Source: the human T2T-CHM13v2.0 reference genome, Homo sapiens
Assembly: GCF_009914755.1 (NCBI RefSeq)
Contig: NC_060936.1
Strand: one strand, 5' to 3'
DNA length: 64,000 nt
Made by a program: the position numbers and the translations under genes. Of the stretch, positions 1 to 14,300 are shown piece after piece. The first letter of the stretch is position 1. The number at the start of each line of letters is the position of its first letter. Below the pieces are notes generated by a model, which was given only the letters and a program-made list of their open reading frames with translations, was not told the DNA's origin and ran no database searches.

Positions 1-76
1 GTCGTTATAACTGCTGATTTAACCTGACAAACCATTTCTCTTCCTTCGAATGATTGCTACTGTTTTTGGTTTACAG

Positions 77-233
77 GGACCGAGCTCCTTTCATTTTTAC
101 TTCAGAGATGGAATACTTTATTACAGAGGGTGGGAAAAACCCACAGCATTTTCAAGATTTTGTGGAACTTTGCTGTCGTGCTTATAATATTATCAGAAAG
201 CACAGCCAACTGCTCTTGAACCTGCTGGAAATG
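77..233 (+). CDS. PIK3C2G: PIK3C2G coding exon, kinase domain C-lobe: (R)[52 protein letters not shown]
   Basis: Acceptor tttttggtttacag|G and donor ATG|gtaagt; 157 nt = 1 nt + 52 codons. RDRAPF is the post-activation-loop motif of class II PI3Ks, and the sequence matches my recollection of the gamma isoform. Confidence 0.96.
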
Positions 234-1089
234 GTAAGTCCCTTGGGAAAAAAAAACAAAAATAATAAGCTTCATTTATGCCTCTGCTTCAGTAGTCTAT
301 TTTTACTAATGGCTTGGAGTTCCCCAAGGAGCTATTCGGAAGAGAAAGGAATGAGAAAACTAAGAGTACCATTGTACAGCTTATAAACGTATTTCTTAAT
401 AATTTAATATGTTCGTTCATAGTTATTGTCTCAAACATTCCTATTCGTATCAATATTGATGCAGGTAGGGGTTATCCCACTATATTTTGACTAATGTTCA
501 AGGACAGTAATTTTAAAAATAATGCCTTCAGTCATACTAGGCATTAGGATCTTTCAAAAATGCCTTATATATACTATCTCATTTATATATCATGACAACC
601 TAATAGTGTAGACCAGGCAAGAATTTTCCCTGGCTGTCCATTCCAAACTCCACCTTTGATCACTTGCCAATTTCCCACATTAAGAAACTGAGAGTCAAAA
701 GTGGAAAGTGAGTTGCTAGCAACTCAGCTTTTCGTGGTATGCATTAGGTGTACTGAGTCATGGTCCTACACACTCTCTTGTGACCAACAGGGGAAAATTT
801 AAGGTTTTATTCCACTGTTCACTTTAAAGAGATGGAGACCAGATATGTACCATGAGGGAAGAAAAATCTGATAGAAATATCTTCTAGGAGAGGGATATAG
901 TGATTCCTCTAGGCACATACGTACACACTAGTGATTGCAGCAAACTATACATGGGAAACATACATTTGGTCTATCAGCATGGGATTTGGAGTCTATGAAA
1001 AATAACTGATTTAGAGCTTCCAGATGACAATAATTCTACCAGATGTTGTTAAGGGTACAAACATGGCAGGCAGACCTTTCTGGGTTTCA

Positions 1090-1350
1090 ATCCTAGTTTG
1101 GCATTTTACTGGCTACATTCTTCAGGACATGTTAACTCCCAAAAGACTATTTCCTTATCTGTTAAATGAAGATAACAACATCTACCTTGTAGAGTTAATG
1201 AATAAATGACCTAGTAGTGAATTCTTTGCATGGCCCAGGCATTGTGCTAAGTGCTTTGTGTGTATTAATTGATTTAAAATTCATAACAACCCTAACAGAT
1301 CATTAACATAAAGCACTTAGCACAGTACTTGCCATTTAGTAGACTTCAAT
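1090..1350. mobile_element. MIR SINE fragments
   Basis: Decayed MIR core motifs (gggtttcaatcctagt...ttccttatctgttaaatgaagataacaacatctacc; cccaggcattgtgctaagtgcttt; aaagcacttagcacagt). Boundaries approximate. Confidence 0.6.
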
Positions 1351-1391
1351 TCATTTATGTTATTATACTAGATCCTTGTTAATTTATAAGG

Positions 1392-1591
1392 CCACTGTCC
1401 AATGTAATATCCTCTAGTCACGTTTGTTTATATTTAAATTAATTTTTATTAAACAAAATTTAAAATTCCAGTCTTCAATTTCACTGATCACATTTCAAGT
1501 ACTCAGTAGCCACGTTTGGCTAGTGGCATCATATTGGTCAGCACAGATAGGAAACTTCCATCACCACAGAAAAGTTCCATTGGTTAGTACA
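1392..1591 (-). mobile_element. MER3 (hAT-Charlie) non-autonomous DNA transposon
   Basis: ctgtccaat...atttcaagtactcagtagccacgtttggctagtggc...acagaaaagttccattgg matches the recalled MER3 consensus; about 200 bp. Confidence 0.75.
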
Positions 1592-4319
1592 GAACAAATG
1601 TTGACTTTGTTGCAAGGAAGATTTGATTTGGATTCTTGTTTTAACTTTCAAACAACATATTCACCTTACTTCTCTCCACTTTGCCTTGAAAGATAAGTAT
1701 CTCTAAAAATATTATAAACATGTCCTTCATATGCAAAGATATTGGTTTCTTCTTGTGTAAAGTGGATATATAAAGTTCTACCCATCTCCGAAATCTTCAA
1801 GATTACTTTTCAGTAATAGCCAAGGATTCTTATTGGTAAATTTGCATTCTATCTCCCAATTCTATTAGGCCGTTTTGCAAGTATGAGATGACTACGGTTT
1901 ATAATGTGTCTGTACCACAAACAAACAAACAAAAAAACCCTATAAGGATTAAGTCTGTGATTCTGACCCCATTTAAATAATAAATATCCAGGTAGTATCA
2001 AGTCTATGTCTCCTTGGACTCTAGCAAGCTCTAGCTCATGAATTCATGAGCTCTTGAGTGTTTACCACAGGCTAGAAATTGCAAGGATACATTAACATAA
2101 GAGACCCAGAGTCTTAAAATTTTCAACTTAATGAGGAAGATAAAATTTATTTACATAAAAGACCGAGGTATCCAGCATTTCTAAATGCCTATAATGATAT
2201 AAATAACTACATGTGAGGAATAGTACCCAATTTTAACAATTGCTTTAACCTGCTCCAGATATTTCAAAAATAAACCCAAAACAGAAAAGCACAAATATAA
2301 GTTATGCTGTTTCTCAGGTGACACTAAAATTATGCTGATGAAAACTGAGCATGTTAAAATAATGTGAAAGAACAGCTCTTTCAGAAAGCTATCAGTGGGC
2401 TTTTTTTCTCTTGTTTAATAAACTTTTCTACATACCTTAACAAAGCATTCAGCATAAGAGTCATGATATGTTAAACAATCACCAAAGAGAATGTATAGTG
2501 GTATTTTATTTAAAAGAAGTAACTGTGGTATTTTATTCATAAGTATTAAAATAATTTATCATTAATCACTTGTTGAAAATTTCTGGAATATAGTATATCC
2601 AAAAAAACTTCTATGCTCTAATTATTCAGCTCTTTTAGGCTAAGGAAGAAAATTTGGCAGTGGAAGGCACTAATCCAGAGTAAACATATAATCTTAGATT
2701 TAGGCTCTCACAGAAATTGAAATAGAGATCAGAAGCAATGTGGACCAATTAAACTAATGAATAAATACATGTAAAACAGCACTGTGTTATTACCTCAGTT
2801 TCTGTTCATTTACCTCTCAACTCTCTTCTTCTCAACTGTGTTATCTTATGGGACTGTAGATCATCAAAGCATTTAGTGAAAGTTTCAGGACCACCCTTTC
2901 TTTGGTATAGCTTCTTATAAAATAAAACCAAGTTTAAATTTGTGAAAGACTATTTTCTACTTATGTATGTAATCTATTCATTAATTCTGTCTCAACCCGA
3001 CTCTTTTATGTTAAATTCTTTAAAAAGAATTCAGTCTACTTACCATGACCCAGTTACAACTTGAGAAATACTTGACATGGGTCATAAATTCTATCTTGTG
3101 CAAATGATCAGTCCCCAGGATTATGGGCCACAGACATTTGGTGGGTCCACTACAGAGTTAATGGCTCATCCTTAGTAAAGAGCAGCATGTCTCCAGATAT
3201 CCATATTGCTTTTTATTTACTCCTGAGAAAAGCGGGGTAAAAAGTAATCCATGAAATTCCCATCTTGCTTAAAAGTAACATCTGTAGGAGACCCAAGAGT
3301 ATTGCCGGCTGAGTTCCCGAAAATAAAAGCCTGTGTTTCATCAGCTTTTCTCTCATTAAAAAATCAATATCAGCTATTATGGAAGGCTCCCAGAGAACAC
3401 AGAGACCATTTGCCCAGTTTAAAATGTTTATCACACCCATTATTATATTAGATATTTCCCATCAGAGATCTTCCTAACTTCTCTATGTGATGGGGAAGAG
3501 TGTCTGCTTTTCTGAGCATAACTGTTAAAATAGATTTGGACTTAAGAGAACAGAAGTAAAGACTTCAAAAATGTTCCTGACTTTTAAAAAGGGACGTATC
3601 TATTCATTACCTGTATCTGTTCACTTCCTGTTCTAGCTTCCCTTTCCCTTGGTATTGCCCCAATTAAAGTTATTACCCATGCAGTCTAGAGTTGGGGGCA
3701 CCAGAACCATGTGGCTAGGGGTCAGAGAAGAGACATAGCTAAGTGTACCCGGCTAAGAGGCCATCCTTACTCTGTGATTTGCAGAGTCAACACTCAAAGT
3801 CTCCTCTCCAAGGAACAGAACACATTAATAAGGGCAAACTTGGCACATGTTACCTTTAGTCAGATACATGGTGGGGAGAGAACTATTATAGGTTCATCTG
3901 GTATGAAGCAGTCTGTACTTGGCAGCTAGTGTGTGACATGTGTGGGTTATGTGTGTGGGTGTTGGCAAGGGAACGAGTAAGTATAGGGTCCACTTTCCAG
4001 AGAAATGTTTGATAGAGTTCTAACCAAGCAGGTGTGAATTCAGGGTATCCAGAGAAACTGGAATGCAATTCAGACCTTACAGAAGAAGCCTATCCTTAGA
4101 AAATGGATAGTTATGGTGTGATAAAGAAGAAATCTGCCTCAATGAGCACACGGAAGTCTCCAAACCTCTTAGTACAGAACTAGTAAGATAAAACCTAATC
4201 TAGATTCTAGTGGCTATCGGGAATGTGTCTTCCTATGGTTGATTTTGTTAAGTTTACTAGTCAGCATTAAATTTGCTAATTGTAGGTTTTCATTGCCTAA
4301 TAGCATCAAGTATTTTTTT

Positions 4320-5718
4320 CTCTCTTATTTTAAACTTTTATTTTAGATTCAGGGGTACATGTGAAGGTTGGTTACATAGGTAAACTTCTGTCACAGGGAT
4401 TTGATGTACAGATTATTTCATCGCCCAGGTATTAAGCCCAGTACCCAATAGTTATCTTTTCTGCTTCTCACCCTCCTCCTACCCTCGCCCCTCAAGTAGA
4501 TCCCAGTGCCTGTTGTTTCTGTCTTTGTGTTCATGAGTTCTCACCATTTAGCTCCCTCTTATAAGTGAGAATATGCAGTATGTGGTTTTCTGTTCCTGCA
4601 TTAGTTTGCTAAGGATAATAGCCTCCAGCTCCACCCATGTTCCAGTAAAAGACATGATCTCATTTTTTTGTAAGGCTTCATAGTATTCTATGGTGTATAT
4701 GTGCCACATTTTCTTAATCCAATCTGTCATTGATGGGCATTTAGGTTGATTCCATGTCTTTGCTATTGTAAATAGTGCTGCAGTGAACATTTGTGTTCAT
4801 GTGTCTTTACGGTAGAATGATATACCCACAATGAGATTGCTGTGTCTAATGGTAGTTCTGCTTTTAGCTCTTTGAGGAATCACCATACTGCTTTTCACAA
4901 TGGTTGAACTAATTTATACTCCAACCAACAGTGTGTAAGTGTTCCCGTTTCTCTGCAACCTTGCCAGCATCTGTTATTTTCTGACTTTTTAGTAATAGCC
5001 ATTCTGACTGGTGTGAGATGGTATCTCATTGTGGTTTTGATTTGCATTTCTCTAGTAATCAGTGACATTGAGCTTTTTTTCATATGCTTGTTGGACACAT
5101 GTATGCCTTCTTTTGAGAAGTGTCTGTTCATGTCCTTTGCCCACTTTTTAATGGGTTTTTTTGTTTTTCCTTGTAAATTTGTTTAAGTTTCTTATAGACG
5201 CTGGGTATTAGACCTTTGTCAGATACATAGTTTGCAAATATTTTATCTCGTTCTGTAGGTTGCCCGTTTACTCCGTTGATAGTTTCTTTTGCTGTGCAGA
5301 AGCTCTTAAGTTTAATTAGATCCCACCTGCCAATTTTTGCTCTCATTGCGATTGCTTTTGGTGTCTTCATCATGAAATCTTTGCCCATTCCTATGTCCAG
5401 GATGGTGTTGCCCAGGTTGTCTTCCAGATTTTTATAGCTTTGGGTTTTATATTTAAGTCTTTAATCCATCTTGAGTTGATTTTTATATATGGTGTAAGGA
5501 AGGAGTCCAGCTTCAATCTTCTGCATATGGCTAGCCAGTTATCCCAACAGCATTTGTTGAATAGGGAGTCCTTTCCACACTGCTTGTTTTTGTCAGCTTA
5601 GTAAAAGATCAGATGATCATAATTGTGCGGCCTTATTTCTGGCCTCTCTATTTTGTTCCATTGGCCTGTGTGCCTATTTTTGTACCAGTACCATGCTGTT
5701 TTGGTTACCTTAGCCTGA
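4320..5718 (-). mobile_element. 5'-truncated old L1PA (approx. L1PA13-16): 3' UTR and ORF2 C-terminus
   Basis: Minus-strand ORFs 4548-5388 are L1 ORF2p fragments ([19 protein letters not shown]). Degenerate TSD atcaagtattttttt (4305-4319) / atcatgtgttttttt (5719-5733). Confidence 0.9.
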
Positions 5719-5729
5719 ATCATGTGTTT

Positions 5730-7200
5730 TTTTATTCATGCATTCATTATCCCAGACATTTATTAAAATCTAGCTATTTACAAAGTGCCGTGCTGTGCAA
5801 TGTACACAATTCAACATTAAATACAAATCCAGTTCCTGTTCTCAAAGAACTTAAGATCTAATATGACAAACATACATATGAACAAAACACAGTAAAAGCT
5901 AGGAAGCAATACGTACTATGAAAGAAGTAGAACCAAAATATGATTGTACAAAGAAAGCAGTCATTAAATCTCATGAAGAGGATCAGTGATGCTTCAAGGA
6001 GGAAGCTGAGCCTTGAAAAAGAATTTCAGTGACAAGGAAAGAGAGAAAAGGCAATTCCAGCTGAGAGAAAAATGTATGTGTGGAGGTTTAATGAGCATGG
6101 GCATGATGTGTAGTAAATGAAGGTAACCAAGTGTGCCCAGTCTGTGCTATAGATGGAAATCTCTGTAGAAGATGAGGCTGGAGTGATAGGTTACAGTGTG
6201 ATTATAAAAGACATTTGTGACCAGAATGAGGATTTTAGACTTTAGTACCTAGACACTTGACAAACTAGAAGTTTGTATGCTTATGATAAAGAAGTACCAT
6301 TATCTAGCTGGGATCTTAGGCAGATAACAGAGTTTATGTAATTAAAGAGATAAGGATTGGAGAACAAGATAAAAGTTATTCAAGATATCTGGGCAAATGA
6401 AGATGAGGGGCTGAATTAGGACAATGATAATTACAATGAAAAGGGGGATGAATACAAGAGACTGCTGAGGAGTGTTTTTAATAGAATGAAGTAATTGATT
6501 ATAGGAACCAGGAAAAAGAGAGAATCAAAGAAGATATGAATTTCTTGTTAGTTGGGCAGTGGTGGCAGTGTAAATGAAACAGAAAAAAAAGAAGGAAAAG
6601 TTTATGTGAGAAGAGAATTTGCTGTAATTTAGATGTCATGAGTTTAAGATGCTAATAGATCATCCAGGAGGATAGAGAGTTGACAACTCTCCAGGACTCC
6701 CTCATCCATCTCCTTGGTTTCAATTATCATTTATATGCTAATGACAGTCAAATCTGTATTATAGCATGTGCTTTGGACCCTCTCAATATGTCCAATCTAT
6801 CTCCCAGTTTTCTCAATTCTACTTCCTACATTTATTTAAAATCCAATGACTGATCTTCATTCCTAACCAGTCTCCTAATCTAGCCTCTAAACGGGCCTCA
6901 TTTTAGTCCATTTTCCATACATAACCACAATGATCTTTCAAGACACAATTAAATCTCTTACTCTCATGTTAAAACACTTAAAGAGCTTTCTTGTTTTTTT
7001 GTACTTTAGGATAGAGTACAAAATCCTTAATGTTGCCAGAATGTCTTATCCTACTTGCCTTTCATCCCCATCTCTTGCTGCTCACCCATGTAATACTCGG
7101 TTCCAGAAAGCCAGCCTGGGTTTCTTTCTGCAGACATATTAAAGACATCTTGCTTTCCTTTGTATGTCTTGCTTTCCTATACATGCTGCTTCCTGAGCCT
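5730..7200. mobile_element. L2 LINE fragments (minus strand to ~6680, then plus strand)
   Basis: L2 3' end attcatgcattcatt..acatttatt..gtgctgtgc and a purine-rich L2 body, followed by pyrimidine-rich L2 sequence (ttcaattatcatttatatgctaatgac..caaatctgtat). Confidence 0.6.
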
Positions 7201-8243
7201 GGGTGGGGATGGTGGGAAAAAAGAATAGTTTTTATACCATTCTTTTTCTCATTTGAACTTCAGCAAGTTAATCACAATTTCACCCATCTTCCAAAACCAT
7301 ATTCTCACTTTACCCTTTGTTTTAAGGATCGATAGTATCATTCTTAACATCTTATTGTAAGAGGGCCTTTATTCCAGAGCAGTAAATAATTTATCATCTT
7401 AGTCATAGAAGTGCTGATAACAGTCTTCATTTTTTTTTTTGCAAAGTTCAAATTTAGTTTAGAAAGTTCTATTATTTTCTTTAAAAAAAAGTAGTCTAAA
7501 GAGATTATAATTCCCTCAGTCTACACTGTAATATAAACAAAATATCTTCCTGATAATTGGCAGGAAAATATCTTATACAATTCATCCTTAATTATTTATT
7601 GCCTTAGTAAATGCAGTCACCATTTAAGTAGGGAAAATTGTATTCTTCTAGTGAGAATCATGGAGTCATAAAAGAACATAGGATTAAGAACCAGAGCGGT
7701 GAGTTTTATACTCTATGTTTGCACATCATTTGACCTGGACATATCACTTACAGTTTTGTGGAGATTAAACTTTTCTTCTCTAAAATGCATATTATTATAT
7801 AATTTTTGTGTAATATTTTGTAATGTATAAACCTCTTTCTTATTTTATATCTATTTTAAAAACGAGAAAATGAAGACTCAGAGGTTAAGGAACTTTCTCA
7901 AAATCACATAGATTTTAAATGATGGGTCCACAAATTCTCACATGGGGATAATATCATGCTTATTTCACTGGTTTATGATGAGAATAAAACTGAATTATTA
8001 ATCTACAAGAATGTTCCAATTATAGTGGTTCTTTTGTTATAGTTGTTATTGCTGTTGTCTCTACTACTTAATAGAAGAGATTAAAAACGCACGAACTTAT
8101 ATGCATTCGTGTATATAAACTGAAAGACATTGCCATGCAAACTTGGGTCTAGATGTCTCTGGGTAGAATTAATCAAGTAAGCTTGATTGTATCTGCATTT
8201 ATTCTGTCTTCTTTTTGCTTTGCTTGTTCTTGTTGTGGTTAAG

Positions 8244-8353
8244 ATGCTGTATGCAGGACTGCCTGAGCTAAGTGGAATTCAAGACCTGAAATATGTGTAT
8301 AATAATCTTCGTCCACAAGACACAGACCTGGAAGCAACAAGTCATTTTACCAA
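8244..8353 (+). CDS. PIK3C2G: PIK3C2G coding exon, kinase C-terminal helices: [36 protein letters not shown](K)
   Basis: Acceptor tgttgtggttaag|ATG and donor CAA|gtaaga; 110 nt. Phase-0 start matches the previous exon. GLPEL is a conserved PI3K motif. Not in the ORF track. Confidence 0.95.
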
Positions 8354-11300
8354 GTAAGATCACCTATGAATGTGTGAGCATGCATGCATGAATGTACGCA
8401 GACACATGTTCCACAGTGGAGATGATTTCAGGTTGACCAGTCATTGGTATGAAGCTGTTGTTTCTAGAACAAGCTTGTGTTCCCTTTCCCAAAGAGCAGA
8501 AAGGAAGCAATGTGAATGTCTAGCAGAAGGCCTTAGTCAGTGTTTCTGCAGCATGTCATTGTTTGCTAACCAGCCTCTTCATCTAACAGATTGCTCAATA
8601 AGAGGTCATTGAAAAGAGCAAGAGCTGACATAAATAAATTGGTTGTTCTACTTGAACTATGTCCAGAAAAACAATTTGGAAAAAGAGATTTATGATGAGA
8701 TATGTACTCACTACTTTCCTATGTAAGACAATACAAATATTGGGATATTTGGTCAAAGACCTGTGACTCTCTTCTACTTTTAATCTATTTTTTATTAAAC
8801 AAGTCCAGCAAAACACTGATGTATATCAAGGTAAGAATCTGGGCAGAATATGATGAATATCAGACCCCAAATCTGGTCAAAAGGACAGTACATTTTATAA
8901 GATCTTTTTGAATTTTTCTTTTTAAATGGATATATAATTCCTGGCAAATTTTAGGTGCTCAATAAATGTTAGCAGTAATTATTTTCCTACAAACAGGAGA
9001 GAAAAACTGCATTCTTTCTTTCCTGTAACCTCTTAATTGTGGTCTTGAGTCTAATTTTTAATTGTTCTAATATTTTCCACTGAAAATTTATAAACAGAGA
9101 TTATATTCTTTTAAGTGGAATGTATGCTTTAAAGAAAATCATGATTATAATAAAACCTCTTCCAGGTTTTACTTTTTCTTTCACCCTTCCAGAATATACA
9201 GCAAGAAATTGCTTCCCACTCCAATGGTGGCAGTGCGGCTTCATGGGGATGTCGTACACACTTGGGGAATTTCACTTGGCTCAGGGATTTCTGTTTCATG
9301 AACTTGAATGGGTGTGCTGCCCTTGTTGTTGAAAAGAGACAATGTGACAGAATCACAAAATATTACAGCTGGAAGAGCCTTTATAGTTTATTTATTCTGA
9401 CAATAGACATTCAAGTGAGAAAACTGAGATACAGAGAATTGTCTTGCCCACAATTAGTAGAAGTAGCAAGAAACAGTGTCTGGTCCCTCTAGTCCTGGGT
9501 TTTTCCAGTACTCAATATTGGAAATTATATGATATGATTATGGAACTCCAGGAAGAGTTGTTGCAAAAACAAAACAAAACAAAACAAAAAAAACCCTGCC
9601 TTCTTGCTATCTAGTTCATTAGAGATCCCTTAAGGGAGTCCAGCAGGTTGTCTTAGTCTTGAAAAATGCCCTTTAATAGTACAATGACCTCTGAAAGAAG
9701 CATTTGTTTACATCTACTAGCAAAATCCCAAGTAATTGATGTTCGACTGTGGCCAAAGACATTAGCTTGAAGACTTGGGGAGGTATTTTAGACCCTTTAT
9801 TTCAAGGATCAGGAACTCTACAGTTATCTCAACTAATGGGGATGGGTGCCTTGCATGAGAAAACCCAGGGAAAGCCTCAGGAAGAACAGAAGGGCAGCGT
9901 CACAGAGTCTGGAAGGTCCTTCAGAATTGAAGGCAGCTCCAGGGACCACATCAGCAGGAACTTACTCCTTCCCCTCTGACTGTTTAACCCGAGTACAAAA
10001 CTCCATCCCATGCAGGTGGGTTTACGTGGTAGCAAAAATAGCCCCCTGAGGGTATCCCTTCAGGAGAGGATCTGAGTAGGATTCTTTTCTTTAAAATGGC
10101 TGCAGCATGGCAGACACAATGATTGACATGTCAGTGGGGCTGGGTGGGAAGACAAAGGAGGAGCATGGAGAAAGCTAGGGAAGGTAGAAAAAAGGAATGC
10201 AAAGTTGGACTGCAAGGCCTGTGTTCGAGATGTGTCATTGTGTGGGCAGAACAATTATAGTGCTGTAGCTTACTATTAGTCCCTCCTGAAAAAGGAAATG
10301 CCATATATGTATTTGGATGAAAAAAGTTCTTTCAGGCCCTGGCCAAAAGAGAAATGTAAATAGGCTTTATTCATCTGCCAGAATTCCATCTCTCCCTATC
10401 CCTCTACTTCATGCAACACACTGAGATCTGTAAAGAGCATAATCTTGGATATCAGTGATCTTGCCTACGGTGACCTATCTCCCCTTCCCATTCAAGAGGA
10501 CATGAACTAACGTGGAAGTAGATCTGAAGCTAGAACCTCATGGCAGTGAGGCGGACCTTGTGATCCTGCCTGCATACCTCTGCCAGGCCAATCTTCCCAC
10601 TTACCAATGTTATGTGGTATGTTCTGTTAATTAAACTTCTTTCTATGACTTTGGAATAAAGAACTTGTTCTCCATTGAAGCCTTAAAAGGCATCAAATTA
10701 TGGAAACTAGGACACATCATTTCTCAGTTCAATAATTTTCCTTGGTGTGCCATCTCCTGTCTCTCACTTCCTAGGACCTTATAATCTGATTGTCTTTGTC
10801 AAGATTTATCCAACTACCCGCCCCCTGTCTCCATTATTCCACATGAATCCTTTTCTGGATAGGCCATTCTCTCCATGTATATTCATTCCTGCATTGTCTG
10901 TTTAACTCGCTTTGCTAGCTCACTAGAAACACTCCAATGGAATCATAAAATTTCTGGAATACAGGAAGATTCTGATCTAACTTTTAATCCCACCCATCCC
11001 TTGATATTCTGGACAGCTAGTACCTCATCCATGAAACCTTATCTGATCATTCCAGTACTTCCCAATCTTTTCTTCTATAATTCTCTCGAACATGCCGTCT
11101 TTTGTGCTGTCCTTAATTTATTACTGAATTACATACTGTCTTGTATATCAGTTTAATTAATATATTGATGAGTTACATCAATTTCTCCCAAGTAAAGCAG
11201 GGAATGTATTCCCAATTCTAAGAATATCTGAATATGAAACAAGCCCTATTTAACAGAAAATGCAATTTAAACATCAAATATCAAGTATATAAAAAGCATA

Positions 11301-14300
11301 TAATAATAACTACAACTTAATGCAGTGCTTCTTGTGTGTCAAGCCCTGTTCTAAGTGCTTTTCTTACAGTAATGTATTTAACTGTCATAACAATCCTATG
11401 AGGTATTAATATCTTTATCTACATTTTTATACTAGTGAATTGAGACCCCAAGGAAGTTAAATAATTTACCAGAGAACGTTCTCTATGCTCAAAATCACCT
11501 CTTCCATATGTGGGCTCTCAGGAATGTGCTGCTTTGTAATTCAGACCACAGTCTTCTCAAGGTTTTTCAGAGCCTGCGTTGGCTGAAGTTGAACAAAGAT
11601 ATATTCTCCAGCCTTTCTCAGGCACTCATCCTTTTATCCGGAATACCTCAAGCATCAGCAGAGAACAGAAGTTCCTTTCTGGAACTGCTATCTCTATGCT
11701 ACCACCAGGAGTCCCCTGGATATTTGGTTCCAGATCTGCTTTGCTGCCCTGAGAGACCCCTAAAGGGTAACTTGGCAGCTGACTTCCTGGAAGTCACCTT
11801 CCTTCCTTTTCCTTTTGTGGCCCATTCCACAATGCCATGAGCCTCTCTCTACTTTTTTTTTCTTCTCAGAGAAATATCCCATGAGGCTCACTATCCCCTA
11901 ACTTCCAAGAGCCCATCTCAGTCATATTTTTTAATCTTAAAGTCTCAATTACATACCTTTATTTTTAGACATGATTTAATGTGCAAGTAGCATATCTGTT
12001 CAATTTCTCTGTGTTTCTTGCTCAGCATATATACATCAAGCACTGAGGATCTTTTCTATCACACATCCCATCTAGCACTATGAACAATCTCTTACAGAGG
12101 GGCCAGCAGCCTCCATTAATTGTAACTGTAACTACCATTTAGAAATATTTCCTGAGATCTATCATTTGTATATTATAAATTTCTGAAACAAATTATGTAT
12201 TATGTTGTTTGGAAATCCTTAAACAATGAATAGAGTGAATTTATGAAAGCAGCCTGGGATAATTAAAAACAACTTTAATGGAACTCTAAATAACAGGATA
12301 CCCATGACTCAAATAACTGTTAAAAATAATGTAGACTTGTTTACTTTGTGTAAATAATATTGCTATTTTGTGCTGTGTTCCCTGATATCACATGGATTTT
12401 AAAACTTAGGGAGACTAAATGCAGACCTCGTTGCACATAATTCACCAAAAAAAAAATGGTTTGTCATAGATCCATCATTGGTGTCTTCGTGCTTCAATGA
12501 GTGGCATTAATTCATAGATAGATAATTGATAAAAGTATATTATATACATATAATATGAGCCCCTCTATATTTAAACTCCTTGTTCTTTTTATTTCTTTGT
12601 TCTGATAGGCTAAAAGTATTTTATGCCACTGTTTATTGTGATACAACTACTAAGTTACAGACAAAAGTAAGACAAGAAAACCCCTTCTCCCTTCTCCACT
12701 AGGCTCACAGATTGGGATCCCGAGCCAAGACCAGGCCATCTGAGACATAACATATGTGGCTACTTTAAGTGCCCTGGTCCTAACTACAATATTAGCACTA
12801 AAGGGCTGCCCCTCTTGACCCTATTTGAGACTTGAAAGAAATAAACAGCTTTTTCCTGCCTCTTGGAGAATGTACTCTATTTATGAACAACCCAAGATTT
12901 TTCCTCACTCTTGGACATATCCATTCTAGGTCAAGAGCTGATCCTAAGAGTTTCAGGCGATGCTGCATACTGTGTGGAATTTAAAATCCTGTACAATTAA
13001 TGGTATTTAGAGGGAAAATGGAAAGTAAAATTGGTTTGCTGGCCACAAATGCTTTTCACATCATCATCAACTACTCTCTGTTTCCCTTACTCTCTTTCAC
13101 TCCCCTTACAGCTGAGTGCTGTTGAATAGAATCAAGAAAGTATCATGACACAGTCCACTGCAAATTGATACTCTCATGTAATATCTCTGCAGAGACCACT
13201 GCTAGGCAACAAAGGCAGCCATCCATTAAAATGTTGTCCAAAAGGGTTATTTCAGAAATTTCAATCACTCTCAAACCTCGGGTTAGCTGTCCTCATCAAG
13301 AGCTAACCTATTTCACAGACCAGACTGGGATCATTAAGCATAAACTTCCCTGCCTACCTCCCCTCCCACATAGAGATAGTGCTTTTCATTCTATCCATTT
13401 TCTCCTCCAAGAGAGTGAGAGGACATTTTTCATGTATGCTCAGATATTCCACTTGGCCTGCCATGTAAGTTCTCATTTAGTAAGTATATGATCTGCTCGT
13501 CAGCTAAAACTGAAGCCAGCTTCAAGCAAAACAAAACCCCACACTTCAAAAAACAAAACCCAAAACAAAACAACAAGACAAATTGTTTGCAATCATGAGC
13601 TATTTTGACAGCAAAAGAACCCCGTCTGGTAGCCTTAGATTAAAGGCTCTACATGGAGTCAAACTGTAAGCTAAGAAATCCCAGAAACCAATAGGGCTTG
13701 GCTAGTTTCTAGTGGAAACACACAGGCCTTCTACTCTGTTTACCTCTGCTTAGCATATTCTATTGTTCCCTGCTCATTGCCCAATATTCCTCAGTGTAAA
13801 TTCCAGAGAGAGGCAAACTCTTTGACTTAACTAGTTGCCTTTGTCCTTATTGGACAAGTTCCTTCATGTGAAGCCACAGTGGATTTCGTTGCCCAGCCGT
13901 ATTCTTATCATAGGCCACCCTTTCACAGAAAAATAGCCTAGAGCTTCTTCTGTGAACTTTGAGCTGTGAGGGAAGTCTTAGGAGGGGCCATTAGGCAGAA
14001 TAGGCACAGTGACCATCCAACAGGTACAACTTTGAAGCCGTTGGAAATGTGGATGGCATCCCGAGAGTGCACCTGGCCTCCACATCATGGACACAGGAGC
14101 CAGAATCCCTGCACCACTGAGGGTTTGCAGACTCAATTTCAGAAATTCTTTGTTCCCCTCATTCCTCATTTATTTCTCACGGCTAGGGTGTGAGACAAGA
14201 CTCTTTATGCTCAAATGTCTTAAAACATAGTTCAATGATTTTATATCTTTTTTCTCTTCAAAACTGAGAAATAGCATGAGATGGAAATGCAAATCCTTGT

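Noticed and set aside
54-386. 110-aa ORF as a standalone gene
   Set aside because: Only 77-233 is PI3K-like and it is bounded by canonical splice sites; the rest is intron read-through.
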